A stretch of DNA of 64,000 nt from Candidatus Latescibacterota bacterium (GCA_965248265.1 CBDFJF010000002.1:832001-896000), one strand, 5' to 3'; positions 41,442-51,541 are shown, counted from the first letter of the stretch. Translations and numbers: made by a program. The notes: a model not told the origin generated them from the sequence alone.

Positions 41442-43231
41442 TGATGACGGACATGATGATGAAAGGATGGACTCAGATGTCGACCCGACGATTGAACTGC
41501 CCCTCCCCTTTCACTCTAGGGGCGATGGGCGGTTTCGTGCTGGCGTGCACTCTCCTGTGCGGCGTTGTCCCTGCGGCAGCGGCCGGGACCCCGGCGGGCA
41601 CCATCATCCGCAATATCGCCATCGCAAACTACGAGGATACCAGTGGCAATCCGCTGCCTCCGGTGGAGTCGAACGAGGTGACGACGATCGTGGCGCAGGT
41701 TGCCGGCGTCGACGTTTCACCCGAAACCTCATTGCACAATGTCATCGCCGGGTCTGCTACCGTGTTCCTGGTGCAGGTTACCAACGTGGGCAATGGCGCG
41801 GACTCATTCCCGTTGACCTTGAGCGGCATCCCGGGTGGTTGGGGGGCGACCATCTACAATGACGTGAACGGCGATGGTGTTCTGGACGCGAGCGAAGAAA
41901 CCACCGAGAACGAGGTCGTGACGCTTTCATTGAACGCCGACGAAATGGCGTCCATCCTGATGAAAGTCGACGCGCCCATCGCGGCCGAGAGTGGTGAGGC
42001 CGTGACGATGACGCTGTCTGCAACATCTGACTTCGACGTCAGCATACAGGATACCGGGACCTACACGGCGAACGTAACGGCGGCGGCAGTCTCTGCATTT
42101 AAGTCAGCCACGCCAAACAATCCGAAGACCGGCGACGTCGTGACTTATACGATCACAGGAGTGAACGAGGGCACGAGTACGGCATTTGCCGTCGCCTATT
42201 CAGATCCATTGCCGACTGGCGTCACCTATGTTCCGGGTTCGATGCGTTTCGGACTCGAGGGGATTACCTATGACAGCGCCACGCCATTGAGCGACGGCGT
42301 CGACGCCGACATCGGTGATTTCAGTGGTTCCGCCGCGAACACGGTGACCTTTCTATGGGGTGATTCGCCTGGACAGCAGGTCGCCGTCCTGTTCTTCCGG
42401 GTCACCGTCATCGCGGAGCTATCCGCCGGCACCGTCGTCAGCAACACCGCCATCGTCAACTACGAAAGCCCACAGGGGATCCAGGCACCGGCCGTCGACA
42501 GCACGCCTGGTCTGTTCACAGTCGCGCCCACACCACTGCCGATCCTGTCGATCACCTCTACAGCCGGTGCCGCTGAAGCAGGTTCGTCGTTGCCTTATCC
42601 CGCCTCCGTGTCCAACGGCGGCAACGCTACTGACATATTCGATATAACGTCGTCTTCGACGGCCGGTCTGTTGTTACAGGTCTGGGTGGACGTCAACGGT
42701 GACGGTATCGCCGGAACAGCCGGTGATTTCGAGCTTACCGACACCGATGCCGACGGAGATCCGGACCTGGGCAGCATCGTCCCCGGCGCCACGGTGGAGT
42801 TGGTGTTCGTCGTAGAAGTCCCCGCTGGCGTCAGCGATGGCACCATCGACGTAACGACCATCATGGTGACGTCGTCGAATGATCCTGCCGTATCGGCTAC
42901 CGGGACGCTGACGACGACCGTCAGGGCGCCAATCGTCGCCGTGAGCAAGTCAGTCGATCCAGCGGGTACTCAGCCACCGGGTCAGGTACTGACCTATACC
43001 GCCATCGTCGCCAACGGCGGTCAGGGCAGTGCCACCAATGTGCTGTTCAGTGACGCGATTCCAACCAGCACGACCTATGTGCCCAACAGCACACTCGTCG
43101 ACGGCGTGCCCAAAACGGACATCGAGGACGGCGACAACGTCGAGTTTTCCAACCGCACCATCATCGTCGATCTGGGTACAATCGGGCCAGAGGGCAGCCA
43201 CACGATCCGCTTCAGCGTGACCATAGACTAG
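41438..43231 (+). CDS. Secreted DUF11 protein C (putative major pilin/shaft)
   Basis: Signal peptide, GTPAGTIIRNIAIANY N-terminal segment, two tandem Ig+DUF11 units, DxNGDG Ca-binding-like loops. Confidence 0.85.
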   Translation: MMMTDMMMKGWTQMSTRRLNCPSPFTLGAMGGFVLACTLLCGVVPAAAAGTPAGTIIRNIAIANYEDTSGNPLPPVESNEVTTIVAQVAGVDVSPETSLHNVIAGSATVFLVQVTNVGNGADSFPLTLSGIPGGWGATIYNDVNGDGVLDASEETTENEVVTLSLNADEMASILMKVDAPIAAESGEAVTMTLSATSDFDVSIQDTGTYTANVTAAAVSAFKSATPNNPKTGDVVTYTITGVNEGTSTAFAVAYSDPLPTGVTYVPGSMRFGLEGITYDSATPLSDGVDADIGDFSGSAANTVTFLWGDSPGQQVAVLFFRVTVIAELSAGTVVSNTAIVNYESPQGIQAPAVDSTPGLFTVAPTPLPILSITSTAGAAEAGSSLPYPASVSNGGNATDIFDITSSSTAGLLLQVWVDVNGDGIAGTAGDFELTDTDADGDPDLGSIVPGATVELVFVVEVPAGVSDGTIDVTTIMVTSSNDPAVSATGTLTTTVRAPIVAVSKSVDPAGTQPPGQVLTYTAIVANGGQGSATNVLFSDAIPTSTTYVPNSTLVDGVPKTDIEDGDNVEFSNRTIIVDLGTIGPEGSHTIRFSVTID

Positions 43232-43287
43232 CGCCGCGACGGCGAGGAGAGAGCATGTTCGTCGCGCAAGGAGTGGGTTGATTGACG

Positions 43288-46200
43288 ATGCGGTTGAGCG
43301 CGCTAGCACTCAGCATCGTCGTCCTGGGATTGCTGGTCAGTGCAGGGGGAGCGCGGACGCCGGTCGGCACCGTCATCTCCAATCAGGCCACTGTTTCCTT
43401 TACTGACCACGGCGGACAGTCGCTCGTCAGCCACAGCGACATCGCCCGCCTGACCGTGGCCGCCGGCGTCCGCCTCGCCGTCACCGTCGACGCCCTTCCC
43501 AATCCCGTGGCGCCTGGCGACAGCCTCACGGTCGACGTCATCATAGAAAATCCAGGCAACACCGCGGCACAGGAAGTCCTCCTGACCATGGTGACGGACG
43601 TTGTCGGCTCGGTGGCCGCATTCGCCGACAGTGCTGCCATTGTTGAAGGACGGCAGATTTCCTGGCCGGCGGTGGAGATCACACCGGGTTCTCGCGTGCT
43701 GCGGCGATTTCGCGTCCACATCGATTCAACGGCTCAACACGGATCGGACTTCGGACTTGAGGCGACGGTGATCGCGGCCAATGTCGACGAACCACTGCTG
43801 CTCACCAGGCGGGTCAATATCGACTTCGCGCCCCGCCTCGTCCTCACGAAAGACGCTGATCGGGACAGCGTCACTGCCGGGGGGGTGGTTGAGTACTCCG
43901 TCCATTGCGTCAACACGGGCAATGCGACGGCGCGCGGAGTGAGGGTGCGCGATGATGTGGCGAGTGCGCTGACTCCATCATCCTCCTCACGGCCGTTCAC
44001 GAAAGCGGGATCGGTGCTGACCTGGGACGTCGGTGACCTGGAGGCCGGCGCGGTCGTTTCTTTCCAACTGCTCGTTCGCGTCAGTGACGGGGTAGTCACC
44101 GGCAGCAGCCTGCTCAACCAGGTAAGCGCGACGGCGATGGCCACCGGGCCGGATGGTGCCCCGCGATCGTTCGTCTCAGAGTCCCCCACCGTCACCGTGA
44201 CGGTGATCGATCCCGCCTTGAGTCTGGCCAAGATGGTTCAGTCAGAGTTGCCAGTTCCGGGGCGGGGTGATGTGATTGCGTATCGGCTGGAGTTGACGAA
44301 TGCCGCCGCCATTGCCGCCGGCTCCGTGGTGTTACGCGATACCCTGCCTGAACCCTTGCGGTTTGTATCGGCTGAGGCGGAGGTGCCAGTGTCGGTGAGG
44401 GAGCAGATCGTCGAGGCGACGTGGCCCGAGGTCGTTGCCGGCTCAACAGTCTTCCTGAGCATCCTGGCTCGGGTGGACTCCGTGGATACGCTGCCAGAGC
44501 TCATCACGAATCGGGCCTGGGCAGAGTCTTCCATTTCGGTGATTCCATCCAACGCCGTTGAGACGACGCTGCGCCTGGACGAGCCGACGGACGGCGAGTT
44601 GGAGCAACCCAGCAGAATCTTTGCCGGCGCGGACCTGACAATTGAGGTGCGCGACGCCGATGCCAACCACCATCCGACGGTAATCGACACCGTCACGGTC
44701 GGTGTCACCAATCAACGCAGCGGTGAGGTGGAGACACTGCTGCTACCGGAAACGGGCGTCGACACCGGTGTGTTCACGGGTGCAGTTGGAACCGCGCACA
44801 GCCAGGAACGGGGGGAGGATAACGATGGCCATCTGTTCGCTGTGCCAGCCGATCAGCTGGTCAGTACCTATTCAGACCTGCTAACGGCAACGGGCGAACC
44901 CGCGCAACGGTTGGCTCAGACCGAGGTGGCTTTGACATCGATCGCCTTGCGCGTTTATCCAGATGCCATCGTCGCCAACGGGACCGAGCGTGCCATTTTC
45001 ACAGCTACGCTGACCGATGACGAAGGCCTGCCGCTACCCGATGGCACGCCAGTGGTATGGCGGACGGATGCGGGAGTCTTCACGGAGGTGTCTGTCGACG
45101 ACGACGGACAGGCGATGACGAAGACGGTCGGGGGTGGTGGCGAAGCCAGGGTGGCGTTGACGGGGCCGCAGCTGACCCGGCGTGACACACTCATCGTCAT
45201 TGCCTCTCTAGCAGGTTTTGATTCGAATCCACTCGCACTGCAACTGCTGCCCGGCGCCATTGGTGTTCGTGTCTTCGACGATGAGCGCGGCATCGAGGTG
45301 ACGGCGGCCGATCCGGACCTGGAGGTGACGGTACGGGTTTCGGGAAGCACTTCAGCGGGGGCATCACTGTCGGAGGATATCGATCTGGACGACAATGGGG
45401 TCTTCGTCGTCGATCAGCTCCCACCGGGTGACTACTCTCTGGACGTCACGGTCGAAGACGCTGCCACGGGCAGGTTGGTTTTCGCCGGCTTGCTGCAACA
45501 GATCAGCGTCAACGACGACGGCACGGCCACCCCTCCAAAGAACAGCGTCAGCGGCAGCCTCCGTGGCCGTTCCGAATCCTCCGGAGGGCGCTATGCCGGT
45601 AGCATCGTCGAATTGCTGGACAGAGCCACAGGGGCCGTCGTCGACGAGGGTGTCGCGGATACCGATGGTGGCTATCAGTTCCACAACCTGAATCCGGGTG
45701 CCTACGATCTGCGTGTTGTCTTCGATGACGGGACCGTGGTCACGCGTCCAGTGCCCGAGCCGAGTGAGGTCATCGGAACGGCGCTCGTCAACACCGATAT
45801 CCTCATCGATCCGTTCGGTATCGTCTTCGACGCCAGCAGCGGGGAGGCTGTCCCCGGGGTGGAAGTCAGTCTGCGGATGGCCGATGACACGGTTGTGCCG
45901 CTTCCGGGTCTCAACGGAACGGGGGCCGTACCCAACGATGACAACGTCAACCCGTTTACGACAGGAGTTGACGGACGCTACGCCTTCCTGTTCGGCGGTA
46001 ACCAGGTAGGCGCCTTCGGCCGGCCACAGATGTACACCATGGCAGTCAATCCCGATGAGGGGTCTTCATTCTTGCCAAGACGGCTGCTGCTGAGTGTACA
46101 GCCGAGTCGAGCCGGACCGGTCGAATCGACGCCGATCACGATGCGGGTGAGTGCTGCCGATGGCTTGCCGTTGGCAGTTCCAAACTCCTTCGCCCTGACC

Positions 46201-48453
46201 ACGGATGATGTCGTACTCGCCGACATCGAAACCATCGCCCTGCACCTGCCGCTGTTCGCCCGCGCTGCAGTACTCGAATTCGCCAAGATCGCCCTCAGCG
46301 ACACCGTGGCACCCGGAGAATCAGTCGATTTCGGACTTGCCATCGCCAATACCGGCAATGACACCGCTCGCGCCGTACTACTGACCGACTCGCTGGGCGT
46401 CGGCTGGGAGATCGAATGGACAGACCGCGGGACCCTGGCGGCGACGGACGTCGTGCGCTGGGAACTGGGTGATATCGCACCGGGAAGGCGCGATACCCTC
46501 GGGCTGCGCGCCCGCGTCATCGCACCTCAGGCACACGGGACGGTCCTGACCAACCGTGCTCATCTGAGCGTCACGGAGGGCTTCCCGTTGCGTGCTGAGA
46601 CCGCGGTCGTCGTGCACAGTACACCCCTTTGGATACTCTCCAAACAGGCCCTGGCCGACAGTGTTACCTCCAGCCAGGACGTGGAGTACCTGCTTGAGTA
46701 CAGAAACGACGGCACGGGTGTGGCCCGCGGTGGTAGCCTCGTCGACACGCTCGCAGCCGGACTCAGTGTGGTGGCCGCAGAGGGAGCCCAGATAGACGGC
46801 AATGTCGTGCGTTGGTCGCTTGAAGATGTAGCCGTGGGCGCCACCGGCAGCCGGCGGTTGGTGGCGCGAGTCGACGCTGACTTGGTCCCGGGTAGCCTGG
46901 TTTCCAACAGAGCAGTCGTGCTCGCCCCTGATGGATCTGTCGCCGCCGCCGATTCGGCCAGCGTTATCACGCGCGCGCCGCGGATGAATCTGGTCAAGCG
47001 CGCCCTGGTCGATACTGTCACCCAGGGGGACCGGGCAACCTTCACGATCACCGTCACCAACGAGGGTGAAACGCCGGTCACTTCCGTGACGCTGGTGGAT
47101 TCACTGCCTCTTGAGTTGAGCATCGTCGACGCAGCCGATGCCGTCGTCCCGGATGCAGTCGCCGTCGAGCCGGGAGCCGTTACCTGGCAGCTTGACTCTC
47201 TGGCCGCGGGGGCAGCCGACACTTTCAGGGTAACGGTTGAAACGGAAGAAGCGGCGCTAGTCACGAACCAAGCGCGGCTGTTGATCGCATCGCAAACGAT
47301 CGCCACGGCGACGGCCACGATTGCCGTGCGTGAGCGTCCTCCGCTCGAAGTCGGTCTGGTCGCAGACGCCCCCACGCTGGAGGCGGGGGCAGTCATCACG
47401 TACACGGCACACCTGCGGGCGCCGTCATCGATCGCGGGTCAGGTCGTCGTCACCGACAGTCTGCCCGCAGCCCTCGTGTATCAAACCAGTCTGGATGGCC
47501 CGCAGCCTGAGTACGATTCCGACAGCAACGTGCTGACGTGGACGATCGCTGACCTGGGCCCAGAGGGTCCGCTGACGCTGATCTTCACGGCCGCGGTCTC
47601 GGAAGGTCTACCGCCCGGAGAATCGGTGGTGCAAAACCGGGTGGTCGCACAGCTGGGCGCTCAGCAGTTCGTTTCGGAGCGCGTCGAGACGCTGGTTACC
47701 GTGCCGTTTTTGAGGATCGAGAAGTCAGCTGATGTGACCGTCGTCGAGGTCGGTGACTTCGTCGAGTACCGCATTCAGTTACAGAACACGAGCGCGGGAA
47801 CGGACACGCTGCGCAACATCCTCATAAACGATTGGACACCGCCCGGTTTCCGCTATGCGGAAAGCACGGCCGTACTAGACGGAGTACCGCAGCAGCCGAG
47901 TCAACCCGGCTCAGGATTACTCCTGTGGTCCGTGCCGCCACTGGCGGGCAACGACGTTTCAGAGCTGATCTACCGACTGGTAGTCGGGCTCGATGCACCA
48001 TTTGGCGATGGCGACAACACGGTACGGGTCACGGCGCAGACGGCTCGCGGGGCCGATCAGGACGCTGGTCCCGTGTCGGCTCGGGTACGGGTACGCCCGG
48101 ATCTGTTCTCGCGCGGAGAGCTCATTCTGGGACGCGCCTGGATCGACGCCGATGGGGACGGTCTTTTCGACTACGACGAGGAGGTGGTCCCCGGCATCGC
48201 CCTGCTCATGGAAGATGGCACGCGCATCATCGCTGACCGCCACGGCAAGTTTTCGGTCCCCGAAGTCAGACCTGGAGATCACGTGCTGCGTGTACTCAAG
48301 CACAATCTCACCGGTCTGGAACCGACAGCCCTCGGCAGCAGGTCCGCCGGAGATCCCTGGTCGCGCTTCGTGACCGTACCGGTAGCCGGGTCTGCGAAGG
48401 CGAATTTCCCGTTCCGCCGACCAGATGAGAGTCAAACGGTGCAGGAGCCATGA
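43288..48453 (+). CDS. Large multi-DUF11 / Ig / SdrD-B-like surface protein D (putative base or stalk)
   Basis: Signal peptide, TPVGTVISNQATVSF, about 8 DUF11 repeats, invasin-like and prealbumin-like folds, C-terminal GRAWIDADGDG...PGI.L.MEDG. Confidence 0.85.
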   Translation: MRLSALALSIVVLGLLVSAGGARTPVGTVISNQATVSFTDHGGQSLVSHSDIARLTVAAGVRLAVTVDALPNPVAPGDSLTVDVIIENPGNTAAQEVLLTMVTDVVGSVAAFADSAAIVEGRQISWPAVEITPGSRVLRRFRVHIDSTAQHGSDFGLEATVIAANVDEPLLLTRRVNIDFAPRLVLTKDADRDSVTAGGVVEYSVHCVNTGNATARGVRVRDDVASALTPSSSSRPFTKAGSVLTWDVGDLEAGAVVSFQLLVRVSDGVVTGSSLLNQVSATAMATGPDGAPRSFVSESPTVTVTVIDPALSLAKMVQSELPVPGRGDVIAYRLELTNAAAIAAGSVVLRDTLPEPLRFVSAEAEVPVSVREQIVEATWPEVVAGSTVFLSILARVDSVDTLPELITNRAWAESSISVIPSNAVETTLRLDEPTDGELEQPSRIFAGADLTIEVRDADANHHPTVIDTVTVGVTNQRSGEVETLLLPETGVDTGVFTGAVGTAHSQERGEDNDGHLFAVPADQLVSTYSDLLTATGEPAQRLAQTEVALTSIALRVYPDAIVANGTERAIFTATLTDDEGLPLPDGTPVVWRTDAGVFTEVSVDDDGQAMTKTVGGGGEARVALTGPQLTRRDTLIVIASLAGFDSNPLALQLLPGAIGVRVFDDERGIEVTAADPDLEVTVRVSGSTSAGASLSEDIDLDDNGVFVVDQLPPGDYSLDVTVEDAATGRLVFAGLLQQISVNDDGTATPPKNSVSGSLRGRSESSGGRYAGSIVELLDRATGAVVDEGVADTDGGYQFHNLNPGAYDLRVVFDDGTVVTRPVPEPSEVIGTALVNTDILIDPFGIVFDASSGEAVPGVEVSLRMADDTVVPLPGLNGTGAVPNDDNVNPFTTGVDGRYAFLFGGNQVGAFGRPQMYTMAVNPDEGSSFLPRRLLLSVQPSRAGPVESTPITMRVSAADGLPLAVPNSFALTTDDVVLADIETIALHLPLFARAAVLEFAKIALSDTVAPGESVDFGLAIANTGNDTARAVLLTDSLGVGWEIEWTDRGTLAATDVVRWELGDIAPGRRDTLGLRARVIAPQAHGTVLTNRAHLSVTEGFPLRAETAVVVHSTPLWILSKQALADSVTSSQDVEYLLEYRNDGTGVARGGSLVDTLAAGLSVVAAEGAQIDGNVVRWSLEDVAVGATGSRRLVARVDADLVPGSLVSNRAVVLAPDGSVAAADSASVITRAPRMNLVKRALVDTVTQGDRATFTITVTNEGETPVTSVTLVDSLPLELSIVDAADAVVPDAVAVEPGAVTWQLDSLAAGAADTFRVTVETEEAALVTNQARLLIASQTIATATATIAVRERPPLEVGLVADAPTLEAGAVITYTAHLRAPSSIAGQVVVTDSLPAALVYQTSLDGPQPEYDSDSNVLTWTIADLGPEGPLTLIFTAAVSEGLPPGESVVQNRVVAQLGAQQFVSERVETLVTVPFLRIEKSADVTVVEVGDFVEYRIQLQNTSAGTDTLRNILINDWTPPGFRYAESTAVLDGVPQQPSQPGSGLLLWSVPPLAGNDVSELIYRLVVGLDAPFGDGDNTVRVTAQTARGADQDAGPVSARVRVRPDLFSRGELILGRAWIDADGDGLFDYDEEVVPGIALLMEDGTRIIADRHGKFSVPEVRPGDHVLRVLKHNLTGLEPTALGSRSAGDPWSRFVTVPVAGSAKANFPFRRPDESQTVQEP

Positions 48454-51400
48454 GGTTTATCGTCCTTGTCGGCTGCTGCATCGTCCTCGTTGTGGCCGAT
48501 GCCCTGGACGCCGTCGAAATCCAAACGCCGGCTGACAGCAGCGTCACCTACAGGGACCGGATAGCCGTTATCGCACTCGGATTGCCTGGAGTTCCCGCGA
48601 CGCTGGATGTCAATGGCGATCCCGTCGAGACCCTGGTCGTGCGCGCCGACGCGCGAGTTGACTTTCTGAATGTGGCTCTGCCCTCGGGGCCTGTCCTGTT
48701 GAGTGTGCGACAACGTATGCCGAACGGTGAGCGCAAGGCAGACAGTACTCGCATTCATGTTGTCGGCACGGCCAGTGAAGTCCTGATCGAGTTGGAGCAC
48801 ACGACGCTACCTGCTGACAGTTTGTCCCGGAGCCGCGTCGATGTCAGGGTTGTGGACGATTGGGGTATGACGCTCCCGGATGGTCAGCTCATCAATGTGA
48901 GTCTGGATCGCGGCCAAGTGCTGGCGGAAGATCTCTATGCGGCCGAACCCGGTGTACAGGTGCAGGTGCGGGATGGCCGGGCCTCGTTTGACATCATTTC
49001 GGCTGCTTCCGTGGGGGAGGGCCTGCTGCGGCTCAGCGCGGACGGGGCGCAATCAGTCCAATGGATCGGCTACACGCAACCCGTTGAGGATTGGACCGTG
49101 GTTGGGCTGGCTACTGCTCAGCTGGGTTGGCGCTCGGACAAACCGGCACCGCAAGGGATCGCGCCGCCGGCTGCCTTCAAGGGTGGCGCCTACGCCGACG
49201 GAAAAACGGCGGTGTATGCACGGGGCACGGTGGCTGACGACTACCTGCTTGTGACTTCCTACGATTTTGAACGCGACTACGACGATCGCGTCTTCCGCTT
49301 TCTCACCCCGGAACGGGTGTATCCCATCTATGGCGATGCCAGTTCCATCTTTTACGAAGCGCCATCGGCGAGTCCGTTCTACGCCAAACTATCGCGGGGA
49401 CGGGATCATCTGATGTACGGCGACTTTGCAACGCGGATGGGCGCAGACTCGGAAGTGGCTGCATACAACCGCTCCTTAACCGGAGTGTCGACGCGATTGG
49501 AAACCGAACGGGGGATGAAGGTGAAGGTCTTCGGGGCGTCCACGGATCAGTCCATACAGGTAGACGAGGTGCGGGGGGAAGGAGTCTCGGGGTACTACTA
49601 CCTGTCAGCCGCCGGCCGCGGCGTACCGATCGTCGAAGGCAGTGAACGCGTCGTCATTCAGGTGCGCGATCGCCTCCATCCCGAACTCGTCCTCAAGGAG
49701 GATGTCCGATATCGTTTTACTGACTACGAAATCGACTACGAGGCGGGCACGCTATTGTTCAAGCGACCGGTGCCCAGTGTCAGTCCCGAAGAGCACCCCG
49801 TCTTCATCGTGACGACGTACGAGGCCACCCGCTCGATCGAACAGCGCTGGACCGGAGGCGGCCATGTCGAGGTACCGATTCGGGAGCGCTGGCAACTCGG
49901 TGCCACGGCCGTGGGTGAAGAGGGGGAGGCGCGAGAGAACTATTGGCTCACAGCCGTCGACGGTCGCTTTGTGCCCACGGATGACGTCAGTGCACGGCTG
50001 GAGGTGGCGCGCTCGATGGCGGAGGCGGACGGCTGGGCATGGAAGGCGGCTGTGCGTGGTCGACTGACGGGGGAGCACCTGAGTTACGATCTTCAGGTAC
50101 GGGATGCGGGTCGCAACTTCGACAATCCCAGCAGCCCAACGGTACGGGCAGGAGTGCGCAAGGTGCGGGGTCGCGCGGTGTGGTCGCCCGCAAGTGGCAC
50201 CGAAGTGACGGCAGAATCACATAGCCTCAGCGACCGTGTCAATGATGAGGAGCGTTCCAGTGTCGCCCTGGCCACGCGCTGGTGCTGGCGGGCCCTGGAC
50301 AATCGGCTAGGCGTCGATCGTACTCGCAGCGACAGACGGAGTCAGTCCTTTCACAGTCGTACGGTCAGCGCCGCGACTTCGTGGGCGGCGTTGCCGCGGT
50401 GGACTCTCGGGGCGCAACGCGATCAGACCTTCGGTGATCAGGACCTCAGCTACCGGCCCACGCTCACGACCCTGCGCAGTCGATGGAAGCTCAACGAGCG
50501 CAGCGACCTGATCGTCGAACACGCCTTTCGTGATGGCAGTCCAATCGATTCCAGCTTCACGGCGGCGGCGCTGCAATCGAAGGTCGGCGACGATGCGACC
50601 GCCTACGCCAACTACCAGATCGACGGCGGCATTGCCGGCAGGCAGAACCAAGCTATCGTTGGTCTGCGCCATTCTTACCATCCGCGATCTCACCTGAGTG
50701 TGCACACGGCATTCGAGCGCACGTGGACGCTGCGTCAGAACGACGCCTCCAACTTCTACGCCTACAGCCTGGCAGCCGAATTTCTGCCGCCGAGAGATTT
50801 CAAGACGAGTGCTCGCTTCGAACAGCGCCGCGGCAGATCGCTGGACAAGACCGTTATCTCCGGGGCACTCGACCTGGCTGTGGGTGGAGACCTGTTCGTG
50901 TTGACGAAACAGGTCTATACGGATGAGGAGCGGGCACAGAGCAGCGGACCCAGCGGAGCGAAGGCGGGGATTCGAGCGTACCGAATCGCGAACGGGCTCG
51001 CCTATCGTCCCAGTCGTCACGATCACCTGAATGGGCTGGCTCGCTACGAACGGCGCTACGAACGCAACACCCTGGTCACGCCCGCGCATCGACGTTGGAC
51101 CGACATCGGCTCATTCGAGTTCATCTTCGAACCGAAGTCGCAGATCGAATGGTTCGCCCGCTATGCCTTCAAGATTGCTGACTTGACGACACGCGGGTTG
51201 TCAACGGAGACGCTGACGGATCTGTGGATGACGAACCTGCGCCTGGAGTGGGGGGCAAAGGCGCGCTGGGATGTGCTGGGGGAATACCGTCTGCTCACGC
51301 AGCATTACGCCGGAGAGCGCATCCACGGGGCGTCAGCGGAATGCGGCTGGATCTTCACCGGCAACGCTCGGGTGGCCGGCGGCTACAACTTTGCCGGTTT

Positions 51401-51530
51401 TCACGACGGTGATCTGGCCGGGCTTTCGTATTGGGCTCGCGGACCCTATCTCAAGATCCAGAGCAAGTTCTCGGAGGCCGCTGTTGCTCCATGGCTGGAG
51501 GGCATGCAGAGCGCGTGGGACAGCTGGTAG
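48450..51530 (+). CDS. Large outer-membrane beta-barrel protein E with N-terminal Ig-like domains
   Basis: Signal peptide, LPADSLS...VVDDWG Ig domain, YPIYGDAS, YNRSLTG, DYEIDYEAGTLLF, long alternating beta pattern ending GGYNFAGF...GPYLKIQSKF; ATGA overlap with D. Confidence 0.78.
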   Translation: MRFIVLVGCCIVLVVADALDAVEIQTPADSSVTYRDRIAVIALGLPGVPATLDVNGDPVETLVVRADARVDFLNVALPSGPVLLSVRQRMPNGERKADSTRIHVVGTASEVLIELEHTTLPADSLSRSRVDVRVVDDWGMTLPDGQLINVSLDRGQVLAEDLYAAEPGVQVQVRDGRASFDIISAASVGEGLLRLSADGAQSVQWIGYTQPVEDWTVVGLATAQLGWRSDKPAPQGIAPPAAFKGGAYADGKTAVYARGTVADDYLLVTSYDFERDYDDRVFRFLTPERVYPIYGDASSIFYEAPSASPFYAKLSRGRDHLMYGDFATRMGADSEVAAYNRSLTGVSTRLETERGMKVKVFGASTDQSIQVDEVRGEGVSGYYYLSAAGRGVPIVEGSERVVIQVRDRLHPELVLKEDVRYRFTDYEIDYEAGTLLFKRPVPSVSPEEHPVFIVTTYEATRSIEQRWTGGGHVEVPIRERWQLGATAVGEEGEARENYWLTAVDGRFVPTDDVSARLEVARSMAEADGWAWKAAVRGRLTGEHLSYDLQVRDAGRNFDNPSSPTVRAGVRKVRGRAVWSPASGTEVTAESHSLSDRVNDEERSSVALATRWCWRALDNRLGVDRTRSDRRSQSFHSRTVSAATSWAALPRWTLGAQRDQTFGDQDLSYRPTLTTLRSRWKLNERSDLIVEHAFRDGSPIDSSFTAAALQSKVGDDATAYANYQIDGGIAGRQNQAIVGLRHSYHPRSHLSVHTAFERTWTLRQNDASNFYAYSLAAEFLPPRDFKTSARFEQRRGRSLDKTVISGALDLAVGGDLFVLTKQVYTDEERAQSSGPSGAKAGIRAYRIANGLAYRPSRHDHLNGLARYERRYERNTLVTPAHRRWTDIGSFEFIFEPKSQIEWFARYAFKIADLTTRGLSTETLTDLWMTNLRLEWGAKARWDVLGEYRLLTQHYAGERIHGASAECGWIFTGNARVAGGYNFAGFHDGDLAGLSYWARGPYLKIQSKFSEAAVAPWLEGMQSAWDSW

Positions 51531-51541
51531 GGGTGAGTGTG

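Noticed and set aside
38956-51530. Classical chaperone-usher, sortase, type IV or type V pilus, or T1SS adhesin
   Set aside because: No PapD/PapC motifs, LPxTG, prepilin cleavage motif, lipoprotein pilins or RTX repeats; the subunits have Sec-type signal peptides.
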